A DNA stretch of 63,447 nt, filler included. It is 5 parts of 5 records of this genome, joined end to end, with 100 filler letters (N's around TTAATTAATTAA, not from the genome) between each part and the next. Parts side by side here need not be neighbours in the genome. Positions count along the whole stretch, not along the records: positions 34,023 to 45,302 come from SRR20825019_3088; 4 more parts are not named here. The stretch is one strand, 5' to 3'. The position numbers were made by a program, and so were the translations under genes. Below, piece after piece: positions 34,571 to 45,402 of the stretch. The notes under the pieces were generated by a model, which had not been told where the DNA came from, searched no databases, and saw nothing but the letters and a program-made list of their open reading frames with translations. Positions within the stretch are counted from its first letter, which is position 1; each line of letters begins with the position of its first letter.

Positions 34571-35512
34571 ATGCCATATTCGGTGCCAGATCCAAAGATT
34601 TTTTCTTGTACTCAGAGTCAAGATTTAGCAGAGAGAATTGCAAAAGCGTTTGGAACAGATTTGGGGATAGTATCTTTTACTAGGTATAGTGATGGTGAAT
34701 TTCAACCATCATTTGAAGAGTCTGTACGTGGGACTAGAGTTTTTATAATAGGCTCAACAAACCCAAGTTCAGAAAATTTAATGGAAATGTTATTAATGTT
34801 GGATGCTGCTAAAAGGGCATCAGCAAGACACATTACTGCTGTAATGCCTTATTTTGGATGGGCAAGACAGGATAGAAAAGATAAACCTAGAGTTCCAATA
34901 GGAGCTAAATTAGTAGCTAAATTATTAGAATCTGCAGGAGCAACCAGAATTATTACAATGGATCTTCATGCAGACCAAATCCAAGGGTTCTTTGAAAAGC
35001 CAGTAGATCATTTATTTGCATCTACTATCTTTTTACCATATTTAAAGAGTCTTAATTTGGAGGATTTAACAATTGCATCGCCAGATATGGGAGGTTCTAA
35101 AAGAGCTTACGCATATTCTAAATTTTTAAATTCTGATGTGGTAATATGTTACAAGCAGCGTAAACAAGCCAATGTAATAGACCACATGGAGCTTATTGGA
35201 GATGTAACTGGAAAGAATGTTGTTTTGGTAGACGACATGGTGGATACTGCAGGAACGCTAACAAAGGCTGCCGACTTGATGATGGAAAGAGGGGCTTTAA
35301 GTGTTAGGGCAATATGTACACACGCATTACTTTCGGGAAATGCATATGAAAGAATTGAAAATTCTAAGCTTACGGAGTTAATCGTAACAGATTCAATTCC
35401 GCCAAAACAAAAGAGTGATAAAGTAAGAGTATTAAGTTGTGCAGATTTATTTGCAGATGTTATGCATAGAGTGCACCATAATACTTCTATTAGCTCGAAA
35501 TTTTTAATGTAA
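34571..35512 (+). CDS. prs: Ribose-phosphate pyrophosphokinase
   Basis: YSDGEF, PYFGWARQDRK, DLHADQIQGFF, VLVDDMVDTAGT. Confidence 0.97.
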   Translation: MPYSVPDPKIFSCTQSQDLAERIAKAFGTDLGIVSFTRYSDGEFQPSFEESVRGTRVFIIGSTNPSSENLMEMLLMLDAAKRASARHITAVMPYFGWARQDRKDKPRVPIGAKLVAKLLESAGATRIITMDLHADQIQGFFEKPVDHLFASTIFLPYLKSLNLEDLTIASPDMGGSKRAYAYSKFLNSDVVICYKQRKQANVIDHMELIGDVTGKNVVLVDDMVDTAGTLTKAADLMMERGALSVRAICTHALLSGNAYERIENSKLTELIVTDSIPPKQKSDKVRVLSCADLFADVMHRVHHNTSISSKFLM

Positions 35513-35533
35513 ATTATTTAATTTTTATATATA

Positions 35534-36145
35534 ATGAAGTCAATTACAATTAAAGGATCTCAAAGAGAAAGCGTGGGCAAAGTGTCAACTAAGGCCTTAC
35601 GTAATGCTGGACAGGTACCTTGCGTATTATACGGAGGGGATAAGCCATTACACTTTTCAGCTGAAGAAATAGCATTTAAAGACTTGGTGTACACTCCAAA
35701 TGCGCACACAGTAGTTATTTCATTAGATAACGGGGATACGTACAATGCAATTTTACAGGATATTCAATTCCACCCAGTTTCTGATGCAATTATGCATATC
35801 GATTTCTATCAGTTATTTGATGATAAAGAAGTAACTATGGAAATTCCTGTAAGAAGAATAGGAAATTCACCAGGGGTTATTGCTGGGGGTGTTTTACGTA
35901 TGAATCAGCGTAAACTTAAGGTAAAAGCATTACCTGCTAACTTGCCAGATTTTATTGATGCTGATATTTCTAAATTAGAAATCGGTAACAAATTATATGT
36001 TACAGCTGTTGGAAATAATGATTATAAAATCATGCACCCAGAGAATACAGTAGTTTGTCAAGTTAGAGTATCTCGTGCTGCGATGAAAGCTGCTCAAGAT
36101 GCTGCTAAAGAAGAAAAAGCTGCTGGTAAAGCTAAAGCTGAGTAA
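35534..36145 (+). CDS. rplY: 50S ribosomal protein L25/Ctc
   Basis: [28 protein letters not shown]; canonical prs-rplY-pth order. Confidence 0.95.
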   Translation: MKSITIKGSQRESVGKVSTKALRNAGQVPCVLYGGDKPLHFSAEEIAFKDLVYTPNAHTVVISLDNGDTYNAILQDIQFHPVSDAIMHIDFYQLFDDKEVTMEIPVRRIGNSPGVIAGGVLRMNQRKLKVKALPANLPDFIDADISKLEIGNKLYVTAVGNNDYKIMHPENTVVCQVRVSRAAMKAAQDAAKEEKAAGKAKAE

Positions 36146-36166
36146 GCATTCAACTTTTATAGATGT

Positions 36167-36196
36167 AAAAGCACCTCTTTTTCGAGGTGCTTTTTT
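36167..36196 (+). terminator. Rho-independent terminator after rplY
   Basis: AAAAGCACCTC-tttttc-GAGGTGCTTTTTT hairpin plus U-tract. Confidence 0.85.
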
Positions 36197-36223
36197 ATTT
36201 TTGTAGTATAACCAACCAATGGG

Positions 36224-36850
36224 ATGTTACAATTTTTAAAGAAATTCTTTTCAGAAAAAGAAATAGAAGATATAGATTTAATGAAAAAGTTTTTAATAGT
36301 AGGTTTAGGTAATATAGGTACTGAGTACGAAAATACTAGACATAATATAGGTTTTAAGATACTTGATTTTTTTGCATCTGATGAAGAATCGGTTACTTTT
36401 GAAACTAATAAATTAGGGGCAACAGCAACTTATAAATTCAAAGGGAGAACTTTTATTTTTTTAAAGCCAAGCACCTATATGAATCTTAGTGGAAAGGCTG
36501 TGAAATATTGGATGACCAAAGAAAAAATACCTCTAGGAAATATATTAATAATTACAGACGATATTAACTTACCTTTTGGTACCATTAGAGTAAAAACTAA
36601 AGGGAGTGATGGCGGACACAATGGACTAAAAGATATCCAAACGCAGTTAGGAACAACAAATTATTCGCGTTTTCGTTTTGGTGTAGGAGCCGAATTTTCT
36701 AAAGGTCGCCAAGTTGATTATGTGCTTGGAGAATGGAATCAGGAGGAAGAATCTCAAATGAAAGAGCGTTTAGAGAAATCTAAAGAGTTAATCAAATCTT
36801 TTGGTACTGCTGGGGTTAATAATACCATGAATGCTTTTAATAACACCTAA
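36224..36850 (+). CDS. pth: Peptidyl-tRNA hydrolase
   Basis: LIVGLGNIG..TRHNIGF, KPSTYMNLSG, GGHNGLK; start may be 36224 or 36281. Confidence 0.96.
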   Translation: MLQFLKKFFSEKEIEDIDLMKKFLIVGLGNIGTEYENTRHNIGFKILDFFASDEESVTFETNKLGATATYKFKGRTFIFLKPSTYMNLSGKAVKYWMTKEKIPLGNILIITDDINLPFGTIRVKTKGSDGGHNGLKDIQTQLGTTNYSRFRFGVGAEFSKGRQVDYVLGEWNQEEESQMKERLEKSKELIKSFGTAGVNNTMNAFNNT

Positions 36851-36861
36851 TTTGTGCTTGT

Positions 36862-37572
36862 TTATTCTATTTTAAACTCAGAAACTTGGGAAGTAGAAAT
36901 GTTTCCATTGGCGTCTTCTGTTTTTATAAGCCAATAGTAAGTGCCTACTGCTGGAGTTGCGTATACAAAGTTTTGTTCTGAAATATTTGTAGCGATGCTA
37001 TTGTCTGGAGGATTATTAGTCCCTAAAAATAAGCTGTAACTTAAAATATCATTATCTATATCTGAAGCTTTCCATAAAAATGAAATACTACTGTTGGTGC
37101 TGTAAACGGTATAACCAGAAGTTGGTTCTAGTAAATCGGCAGGAAATGGTGGATAGTTAGTTGCGCCTTCTCCAGCATTGTAAAATTTCCAAATAGCACT
37201 TTTTGCAGATTCAAGCGTTTCTGAGTTTTTTGAAGTAATATACCAAGAGTATGGAACTCCTCTGTTTAATGTTACTTCTTGAAACCCTGAAAGGCTTGTA
37301 AAAGTTTCAGAATTATTTGTGTTTAAATTGGTAACAGTAAGTTCGTATGAGTCGGTGTTTTCGGCTAATTCCCATTCAAAAGTAATTGTGCTGGTGCTGA
37401 GATTGGAGGCTGTAATTACACCTTCGGTACATTCAGAGTTTTCCAAAGGGAATACAAGTTCGGCAGCAGTTGGAGGTTGAGGTAATGGCGCTGGTCCATC
37501 ATCACCCCCGCCACCACAATTGGCAAAAAACAAAATACATACAATACTATATAGATATTTCTTTACTGTCAT
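36862..37572 (-). CDS. Lipoprotein with two Ig/FnIII-like beta-sandwich modules
   Basis: Lipobox-like FFANC followed by GGGGDDGP; repeated L..P..G..F.W..Y.L..Y.W pattern; 4 nt downstream of the protease stop. Confidence 0.7.
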   Translation of the reverse strand: MTVKKYLYSIVCILFFANCGGGGDDGPAPLPQPPTAAELVFPLENSECTEGVITASNLSTSTITFEWELAENTDSYELTVTNLNTNNSETFTSLSGFQEVTLNRGVPYSWYITSKNSETLESAKSAIWKFYNAGEGATNYPPFPADLLEPTSGYTVYSTNSSISFLWKASDIDNDILSYSLFLGTNNPPDNSIATNISEQNFVYATPAVGTYYWLIKTEDANGNISTSQVSEFKIE

Positions 37573-37576
37573 GCTT

Positions 37577-40500
37577 TTATTCTTTAAGTATTTTTAGGGT
37601 TTTAATATTTTTTCCATTAGTTACATTCAACATATACATCCCTGTTGTAAGTTGGGATAGGTTGAGTTTAACTTGGCCATTAGCATCACTATTTTTAGTA
37701 ATTGCAGTTGCCAATTTTCCTGTAATATTAAAAATATTTATTTCAGTTTTTGTATTAGGAGAAGGGGTGTAAATAGTTACTTCAGTAGTAAAAGGATTTG
37801 GAAAAACAGCAATGTCTCCAGTGCTAATAATAAGCTCTTCATAAAGCCCCTGGCATTCTTTATCAGTATAAACTTTTAGTCTATTAATTCCTTTATTTAA
37901 TGAAAGTTCTATGGAGCTTCTATTAGTTTTAGAAATTTCTCCGTTTAATTCGATGGTAAATAGATCACTTCCAGATAAGTCCAATGAAATTTTATTTTCA
38001 GTTGAATTTCTTCTAGAGAATACACTTAAAGGAAGTGGTTCATTAATGTTGACTTCATAACACTGTTTGTAGCTAGTGCTTGCATCGGTAGTAAAGCATA
38101 GTTGATAGGTGCCAGAACTTAGATTAGTAAATTCGGTAGTTGTTTTAAATGTATTTGAAGTATCAACACCATTGCCTGTAAGTGTTGCGGTATAGTTGTA
38201 ATTTTGCGTAGCTTCAATGGAGATATTACCGTTATTACTATTAATACAGCTCTCGTCGGTTAGTTTTATTTGGTAATTATTTATAGGGAGATTAAAAATC
38301 TCACAACCATTTACATCCACTTTTGCTCCCATAGGGGTGTTCGGGCAGTTGTCTTCACTATCCAAAACACCATCTTTATCTGTGTCTAAATCAAAACCTC
38401 CATTAATACAAAGATCAATTTTAAAGGAATTAATACTTCCTCCATCTTCATCATTAGCATCGTCTACTTTTAACTTCCAAATTCCTTTTATGGGCTCTCC
38501 GTTTAAGGCTTGTAATTGTTGTTGTGGTTTTATAGTTCCAGATAATGTAGGAACAGAGGCTGAGCATGTTACAATACTCCCAGAGTCGTTAAAAGAAGCC
38601 GCTATGTTATCTCTCTCTCCACATTGTTGAGAGAGTAGTGTAATAACAGTTCCAGAAGGAGAAATTAAACTAATGGTTAGATCTTCTAGCCATGTATGAG
38701 AAATATCTAAGGTAACAGTAATGTCGTTTAAAATACCATTATCTACAATATTAAGATTTGAGACTGTTGTGGAGGATCCTGAATTAGAGATGTAATATGT
38801 TGAGTTGTTGGTGTAATCTCCACATGATATATTTACAGTTGAAAAAGAGAACGCAGCGCCAAAGCTACCTTCGCCACAGGCGTTTATTGGTTTTATGCGC
38901 CAATAATACGTGGTGGTTTCTTCTAAGTTTGTAGGCTGATATTGTGTTGCGGTTAACGTTTCAGACACAATTATGGAGCTAAAATCTGAAGTTTTAGAGA
39001 CTTGAAGATTGTAACTATTAGCGTTAGAGTACTCATCCCAACTTAAAACTGTTTGGAGTGGAATTTCTGTGGCTTGATTTACTGGAGCAATTAAATTTAT
39101 GGCATCATATGAGTCTTCAAAAACAGATAGTTCTACTGGATATTCTTTTGTTTCTCCACTTTCAGCAGTAGCTACAATTGTAAAGTCGTTTATTCCTACA
39201 ACTAAATTATCAGTATTTGTTATAGTCGCTTCAATTAAGGTGCCATTTACAGAAGTTTCTGTTTCATTAAAATTAACTGTTAATCCAGTAGGAAGATTTG
39301 TTGCTGAAAATGTTACAGTTTCAGCAAAAGTTCCATAACTATTATAGGTAAATGGAATGGATAAGCTATTTGGTTTGCATATATTGTATTCTAAGGTTTC
39401 AAAAATAAGCGCATAATTGGAAGCCTCTATACTTAAGGTGGCTTCATTTAGCGCAAAATATATATTATTTGAAGCCTTTACCATAATACGGGCATTGGAG
39501 GTAGTAATATCACCAGGAATTACCACCTGCTTAACTCCGGCGTTTTTGGTGTTTTCGGATAGTAGAATTGGATTTTCAAAATCGTTATTAAGAATGAGAT
39601 AAATGTCTACAAAGCTTGTGCTGATAGGAATTTTATTAGTTTCTCCAACATTCCATATAACTTTATAAACAGAACCTCCTTGTAAAGTTTCTGGAGTTGT
39701 TTGAGAAGTTACTGCAAAAGGAGTGCTTGTTTTTACTGTGGAAACAGAGAGGTCGCTCCTTGCTGTTTGTCCTCCATTAGTGTTGTTATCTCTTACTAAA
39801 AGCGAAAAATTTAGCGTTCTAGAAACCGTAGGAATAACCTCCCAAGTTGCTGCTAAATTATTGTTTAAAAGGGCACTTTCTTCTGGGAAATACCTTTTAG
39901 AAGATAAGGAGGGTGGGAGCGATCTAAAAGATGGTCCTTCATCTGCATCTGCCAGAGGAGGCTGTACAGAAATTTCATTATTTTGTTGCTCCCAAGAATA
40001 GGTTAAAACATCGTTATCTCCATCTGTTACTGCAGCGTCTAATACAAAAGGAGTTCCTGCTGGAATTGTATAGTTAGTTAGAGGGGAGATAACTGGTGCT
40101 GTATTGTTAATAGGAGTGGTGGTTGCACAGGTTCCAGTACCTTGCGTGATATTATCCCAAATTTGAGAAATACTTATTGCATGAAAATAAGCATCACTAT
40201 TTCCTTGTACATTACTTGGACAGATTCCTGCGTATGCCATAATTGTAGATCCGCTTCCAGGTTCTACAGAAGTAGCGCCGCTTCTATTTGAATTACACGA
40301 ATTATTAAAAGTATGAGTGGCTCCAAATTGGTGACCAATTTCATGGGCAACAAAATCTACATCATAAGCATCTCCTACAGGACTTACATAACCAGTAACT
40401 CCTCTGGCTTTATTAGTGGTGCAAACAGAAGCCAGTTGGGCAATTCCATCGCCACCACCTGGACTTGTGCTAAAAACATGTCCAATATCATAATTTGCAA

Positions 40501-41392
40501 AACCAACTTTTAAATCTATTACATCTTGGATTTCATCAATTAGCGCTTGTCCGTCGCCATTGGTAAGGCCATCGGTTGCAGCATCTAAAAAAATAAGCGC
40601 ATCGTTATTGTCAATTAATTGTAAGTTAATTGCCAAATCGTTTTCATAAATGCTATTTATTCTTGTTACCGAGGTATTCATGGCGGAAAGTACAGCCGCT
40701 TTTTTTTGTGCTTCTGTTCCGTTTGTTACTCCAGCTCTGTCGGTATGAAATTTAGCATATTCTGCGGTACAAGCAAGTGCAAGTCTATAGGTTCTAAGCT
40801 GACTATCGTCTACTGGTTTAAGACTGTATTGTGTGTCTTTTTTTGAAGTACTTGTTTTTAGCGCTCCTTCTACTTTGCATTCAAAGCCAAAAGCTTTAAC
40901 AGCAGTTTTTTCTACAAAATAATAGAGGTCATTTTTTTCTTCGGAAGGGTTAATATAATATGTTTTTTTATGGTTCCGAATCATTCCATGGAAGCTTGTT
41001 TCGTCCATAGAAAAGTATATTTTTTCAAGAGGATTTTTTACAGATACACCTCGATATGATTTTATAGTAGGGTACTTTTCTGCTAATTTATCGGAAAGCA
41101 CATTGTTTTCTGTAATTCTATAGCTTGTAAATGAATTTTTTCCCGAAGGAAAATCAACTATTACTCCTGCAGTTTTATTTAAAAATTGATTACTTTTTTT
41201 AGGCACATTTTTTAATTGAGAAGCTAGGTTTTGGATGTTAAGCTTAAAACTAGGAATATTCTTTTCTTTACTGATGGAAATATTTCTCTGTTGCATAGTA
41301 ACAGAAGACCATGTAGAATTGTTTTGTGAAAAAACTGATACATAGCTTGTTAATATACTAAAAAGGATAAAAAAGTGAGTAATTTTTCTCAT
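37577..41392 (-). CDS. Reprolysin-like (M12B) zinc metalloprotease with proprotein-convertase P-domain, TSP3 repeat and T9SS C-terminal domain
   Basis: HEIGHQFGATH zinc motif, TIMAYAG Met-turn, DISHTWLEDLTISLISPSG P-domain, DTDKDGVLDSEDNCPNT, VFPNPF..IFNITGK..GMYML..KILKE CTD; start chosen at MRKITHFF. Confidence 0.9.
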   Translation of the reverse strand: MRKITHFFILFSILTSYVSVFSQNNSTWSSVTMQQRNISISKEKNIPSFKLNIQNLASQLKNVPKKSNQFLNKTAGVIVDFPSGKNSFTSYRITENNVLSDKLAEKYPTIKSYRGVSVKNPLEKIYFSMDETSFHGMIRNHKKTYYINPSEEKNDLYYFVEKTAVKAFGFECKVEGALKTSTSKKDTQYSLKPVDDSQLRTYRLALACTAEYAKFHTDRAGVTNGTEAQKKAAVLSAMNTSVTRINSIYENDLAINLQLIDNNDALIFLDAATDGLTNGDGQALIDEIQDVIDLKVGFANYDIGHVFSTSPGGGDGIAQLASVCTTNKARGVTGYVSPVGDAYDVDFVAHEIGHQFGATHTFNNSCNSNRSGATSVEPGSGSTIMAYAGICPSNVQGNSDAYFHAISISQIWDNITQGTGTCATTTPINNTAPVISPLTNYTIPAGTPFVLDAAVTDGDNDVLTYSWEQQNNEISVQPPLADADEGPSFRSLPPSLSSKRYFPEESALLNNNLAATWEVIPTVSRTLNFSLLVRDNNTNGGQTARSDLSVSTVKTSTPFAVTSQTTPETLQGGSVYKVIWNVGETNKIPISTSFVDIYLILNNDFENPILLSENTKNAGVKQVVIPGDITTSNARIMVKASNNIYFALNEATLSIEASNYALIFETLEYNICKPNSLSIPFTYNSYGTFAETVTFSATNLPTGLTVNFNETETSVNGTLIEATITNTDNLVVGINDFTIVATAESGETKEYPVELSVFEDSYDAINLIAPVNQATEIPLQTVLSWDEYSNANSYNLQVSKTSDFSSIIVSETLTATQYQPTNLEETTTYYWRIKPINACGEGSFGAAFSFSTVNISCGDYTNNSTYYISNSGSSTTVSNLNIVDNGILNDITVTLDISHTWLEDLTISLISPSGTVITLLSQQCGERDNIAASFNDSGSIVTCSASVPTLSGTIKPQQQLQALNGEPIKGIWKLKVDDANDEDGGSINSFKIDLCINGGFDLDTDKDGVLDSEDNCPNTPMGAKVDVNGCEIFNLPINNYQIKLTDESCINSNNGNISIEATQNYNYTATLTGNGVDTSNTFKTTTEFTNLSSGTYQLCFTTDASTSYKQCYEVNINEPLPLSVFSRRNSTENKISLDLSGSDLFTIELNGEISKTNRSSIELSLNKGINRLKVYTDKECQGLYEELIISTGDIAVFPNPFTTEVTIYTPSPNTKTEINIFNITGKLATAITKNSDANGQVKLNLSQLTTGMYMLNVTNGKNIKTLKILKE

Positions 41393-41536
41393 GTATTGAA
41401 AAGTATAGTGATAAAAATAATCATTTTTACGCTTCAATTTTTAAAAAATTAATAAATACCTTTTTTAATTTAATTAAATATTCACTTTTAAATTCGTTAT
41501 TTTGTGGTTGATGATGTTTAATTTAAATGCTTTTAA

Positions 41537-42475
41537 GTGATTATAAAGCGTAATCTTTTTGATAAAGAAGAAAATTACTATACAGTAGTAACTGTAGGTA
41601 CCTTTGATGGAGTTCATGTTGGGCACAAAAAAATTATTGATAAAATTGTAGCAAATGCAACTGCAAACGATTTAAAATCGACTATTTTAACTTTCTTTCC
41701 ACATCCTAGAATGGTGCTTCAGCAGGCATCAGATTTAAAGTTACTTAATACTTTAGAAGAGAAAATTTCAATTCTAAAAGAAACAGGTTTAGATCAATTA
41801 ATTATTCACCCTTTTACAAAAGAGTTTTCTCGACTTACCGCAGAAGAGTATGTAAAAGAGGTGCTTGTAGAGAGTATCAATGCAAAAAAAGTGATTATAG
41901 GTTATGATCATCGTTTCGGAAGAAATAGAACTGCAACCATAGACGACCTTATAAAGTTTGGAGAAAAGTACAAATTTGATGTAGAGCAGATTTCTGTAGA
42001 AGAGGTAAATGAGGTTTCGGTGAGTTCTACAAAAATTAGAGTTGCGCTTGAAGAAGGGAATATAAAAACAGCAAATACTTTTCTAGGATATTCCTATATG
42101 TTAACAGGAATTATTACTAAAGGAAAAGGACTTGGAAAGCAAATAGATTTTCCAACAGCTAATATTCATATCAAAGAAGAATATAAGCTTATTCCTAAAA
42201 TTGGGGTGTATGTTGTAAAAAGTGAATACAACAACAAAACTATTTATGGGATGATGAATATTGGGTATAATCCAACTGTAAATGGCGAAAAGAAAACTAT
42301 TGAAGTCCATTTTTTAGATTTTGATGAGGATCTTTATGATAAAGAAATTAGAGTTGAATTATTGGAAAGGTTGCGAGATGAAAAACGATTTGATTCTATT
42401 GAAGATCTTAAAAAGCAACTTATAAAAGATAAAGAAGCTACGTTAGCTTTTATTGCTAATTATCATGCTCAATAA
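41537..42475 (+). CDS. ribF: Bifunctional riboflavin kinase/FAD synthetase
   Basis: GTFDGVHVGH, IGYDHRFG, SSTKIR, FPTANI, IEVH; GTG start. Confidence 0.95.
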   Translation: MIIKRNLFDKEENYYTVVTVGTFDGVHVGHKKIIDKIVANATANDLKSTILTFFPHPRMVLQQASDLKLLNTLEEKISILKETGLDQLIIHPFTKEFSRLTAEEYVKEVLVESINAKKVIIGYDHRFGRNRTATIDDLIKFGEKYKFDVEQISVEEVNEVSVSSTKIRVALEEGNIKTANTFLGYSYMLTGIITKGKGLGKQIDFPTANIHIKEEYKLIPKIGVYVVKSEYNNKTIYGMMNIGYNPTVNGEKKTIEVHFLDFDEDLYDKEIRVELLERLRDEKRFDSIEDLKKQLIKDKEATLAFIANYHAQ

Positions 42476-43784
42476 ATTTTTATTTACTAGAATAGATAAT
42501 GCTTCCTTAACCGTATTTAGGGTTATTTTTGGGTTTCTAATAGCCGCTGAGGCTTTTGGAGCTATTTTTACTGGGTGGGTAAAACGTGCTTTAATCGACC
42601 CGAAATTTACTTTTAATTTTATCGGATTAGATTTTTTGCAGCCATTACCTGGTAACGGAATGTATTTCTATTTTGCGCTTATGGGGCTTTTTGGATTATT
42701 GGTTATGCTAGGTTATAAATATAGGTTTAGTATGGCCGGGTTTACCATTATGTGGGCTGGAGTGTATTTTATGCAAAAAAACTCCTATAATAATCACTAT
42801 TACTTACTCCTACTTTTGTGTTTGTTAATGTTGTTAGTGCCTGCAAGTAGGTATTTTTCTTTGGATGCTTTAAAAAAACCTTCATTTAAAAAAATATCCA
42901 TGCCTCAATGGTGTAAGTGGCTTATTATTTTGCAAGTATGGATTGTTTATACCTATGCTTCCATTGCAAAATTATATCCAGACTGGTTAGACCTTTCCGT
43001 AGCAAAAATGCTAATGCAATCTAAAGCAGATTACTTTTTAATTGGGGGTTTACTCCAAGAGCTGTGGGTACATTTTTTTATTACCTATACAGGTATTTTA
43101 TTCGATTTATTAATTGTGCCATTATTATTAATTAAGAGAACCCGAAAATGGGCTTTTTTTGCTTCTATTTTCTTTCATTTATTTAATTCTTTCGTGTTTC
43201 AAATAGGAATCTTTCCATATATGTCGCTAGCTTTTAGTTTGTTCTTTTTTGAACCTAAAACAATAAGAGATTTATTTCTGAAGAAAAAAGAGTTATACAC
43301 CGCAAATGAAATTGAAATTCCTAATTATAAAAATGCGCTTCTTTTTTTTGGAAGTATCTATTTTGTAGTTCAAATACTTTTGCCGCTTCGCCATTGGGTT
43401 ATAAAAGATAATGTTCTTTGGACTGAAGAAGGACATAGATTAAGTTGGCGAATGATGCTGAGAGGAAAGTCGGGGATTATAACTTTTAAATTGGTAAATC
43501 ATACCACTGGAAAAACACATTTTGTAAACTTAAGAGATTATTTATCGCGTAAGCAACAAAAAATTGTAGCAACTAAACCAGATGTGATTTGGCAATTTGC
43601 ACAGTATTTAAAAAAGGAATATCAAGAAAAAGGAGAAGAAATAAGCGTTTATGCCACCGCTAGTAAAGTAAGTGTGAATGGAAGTGAATATGAGGCATTT
43701 GTAAAGCCAGAGGTAGATCTTGCTAAGGAGCCTTGGCATTATTTTAAGCATGAAGAATGGATTTATCCATACCATCCAAAATAA
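42465..43784 (+). CDS. HTTM-domain, vitamin K-dependent gamma-carboxylase-like membrane protein
   Basis: YNNHYYL, YASIAKLYPDWL, FHLFNS..IGIFPY, WTEEGHRLSWRMML; ATG overlaps the ribF end. Confidence 0.85.
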   Translation: MLNKFLFTRIDNASLTVFRVIFGFLIAAEAFGAIFTGWVKRALIDPKFTFNFIGLDFLQPLPGNGMYFYFALMGLFGLLVMLGYKYRFSMAGFTIMWAGVYFMQKNSYNNHYYLLLLLCLLMLLVPASRYFSLDALKKPSFKKISMPQWCKWLIILQVWIVYTYASIAKLYPDWLDLSVAKMLMQSKADYFLIGGLLQELWVHFFITYTGILFDLLIVPLLLIKRTRKWAFFASIFFHLFNSFVFQIGIFPYMSLAFSLFFFEPKTIRDLFLKKKELYTANEIEIPNYKNALLFFGSIYFVVQILLPLRHWVIKDNVLWTEEGHRLSWRMMLRGKSGIITFKLVNHTTGKTHFVNLRDYLSRKQQKIVATKPDVIWQFAQYLKKEYQEKGEEISVYATASKVSVNGSEYEAFVKPEVDLAKEPWHYFKHEEWIYPYHPK

Positions 43785-43966
43785 GTAATAAATTAAGTTT
43801 TAATTTTTCATGTATTCCTCGCCAATAGTTTATTTTAACTTCATTATAAAAAAAGAGAAATACATTTCTTAATCGCCCGTAAACGTTTAAATTTGTGACT
43901 TTATTTTGCCTAAAAAGAGCAAGATTGAAAGAAAACATTCATTTTATAAATTAAATAAGTATAATC

Positions 43967-45235
43967 ATGCTTCAAGTACAGTTTATTAGAGACAACAAGG
44001 AGGAGGTAATTAAGCAACTACAAGTAAGAAATGTAGCGGCTTCAATTATTGAAGAAGTAATTTCCTTGGATGAAGAGCGTAGAGCACTTCAGGCGCAATT
44101 AGATAACACATTGGCCGAGTCTAATAAATTGTCCAAAGAAATAGGTGGATATTTTAAAAGCGGCGATGTAGAAAAAGCAAATGAATTAAAAGCGCAAACA
44201 GGAACGTTAAAGGAAACGTCAAAAACACTTAGCGAACAGTTAAATGAAAAATCGGATGCGTTAACCAATTTGCTGTATAAAATTCCTAATATTCCGCATC
44301 CTTCGGTTCCAGCAGGAAATTCTGAAGATGATAATGAAGAGGTTCTTAAAGAAGGAGAAGTGCCTAAATTGGCTGGGGATGCATTACCACATTGGGAACT
44401 TGCTAAAAAATACGACATCATCGATTTTGATTTGGGAGCAAAAATTACTGGAGCTGGTTTTCCTGTATATAAAGGAAAAGGCGCACGTTTACAACGTGCT
44501 TTAATAGCTTACTTTTTAGATAAAAATACCGCTGCTGGATATACCGAATACCAAGTGCCACATTTGGTAAATGAAGCGTCTGGTTATGGAACTGGGCAGT
44601 TGCCAGATAAAGAAGGACAGATGTACCATATTGGGGTAGACGATTTGTATTTAATTCCTACCGCTGAGGTGCCTGTAACTAATATTTTTAGAGATGAAAT
44701 AGTTTCTGAAAACGATTTGCCGATTTGTATAACTGGTTATACCCCATGTTTTAGAAGGGAAGCAGGAAGTTATGGGGCTCATGTAAGAGGATTAAACAGA
44801 CTACATCAATTTGATAAAGTAGAAATTGTAAGGGTGGAACATCCAGATAATTCTTACAAAGCACTTGATGGAATGGTAGCGCATATTCAAGGTATTTTGA
44901 GAGAATTAAAACTTCCATACAGAATTTTAAGACTTTGTGGTGGCGATCTAGGGTTTACTTCTGCGCTTACTTTTGATTTTGAAGTGTATTCTACAGCTCA
45001 AGAGCGTTGGTTGGAAATTAGTTCGGTTTCTAACTTTGAAACGTATCAGGCAAACCGCTTAAAACTTCGTTTTAAAGATGAGAATGGTAAAAGTGTTTTA
45101 GCACATACCTTAAACGGAAGTTCTTTAGCATTACCAAGAGTTTTAGCAGGGATATTAGAAAATTACCAAACTCCTGAAGGAATTAAAATCCCAGAAGTGC
45201 TTGTTCCTTATACTGGTTTTGATATGATTTCTTAA
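43967..45235 (+). CDS. serS: Serine-tRNA ligase
   Basis: LIPTAEVP, CFRREAG, RLHQFDKVE, EISSVSN, HTLNGSSLALPR. Confidence 0.97.
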   Translation: MLQVQFIRDNKEEVIKQLQVRNVAASIIEEVISLDEERRALQAQLDNTLAESNKLSKEIGGYFKSGDVEKANELKAQTGTLKETSKTLSEQLNEKSDALTNLLYKIPNIPHPSVPAGNSEDDNEEVLKEGEVPKLAGDALPHWELAKKYDIIDFDLGAKITGAGFPVYKGKGARLQRALIAYFLDKNTAAGYTEYQVPHLVNEASGYGTGQLPDKEGQMYHIGVDDLYLIPTAEVPVTNIFRDEIVSENDLPICITGYTPCFRREAGSYGAHVRGLNRLHQFDKVEIVRVEHPDNSYKALDGMVAHIQGILRELKLPYRILRLCGGDLGFTSALTFDFEVYSTAQERWLEISSVSNFETYQANRLKLRFKDENGKSVLAHTLNGSSLALPRVLAGILENYQTPEGIKIPEVLVPYTGFDMIS

Positions 45236-45236
45236 T

Positions 45237-45264
45237 TGAAGTATGAAGTATACAGTATGAAGTA
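45237..45264 (+). repeat. Heptamer tandem repeat (TGAAGTA)x4, one variant
   Basis: tgaagta tgaagta tacagta tgaagta immediately after the serS stop. Confidence 0.7.
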
Positions 45265-45302
45265 AAAAGAATTAAGAAGGCAGTTGGAAAGATTGAAAGA
45301 AT

Positions 45303-45402
45303 NNNNNNNNNNNNNNNNNNNNNNNNNNNNNNNNNNNNNNNNNNNNTTAATTAATTAANNNNNNNNNNNNNNNNNNNNNNNNNNNNNNNNNNNNNNNNNN
45401 NN
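45303..45402. other. Artificial contig linker
   Basis: Same 100-nt linker. Confidence 0.98.
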
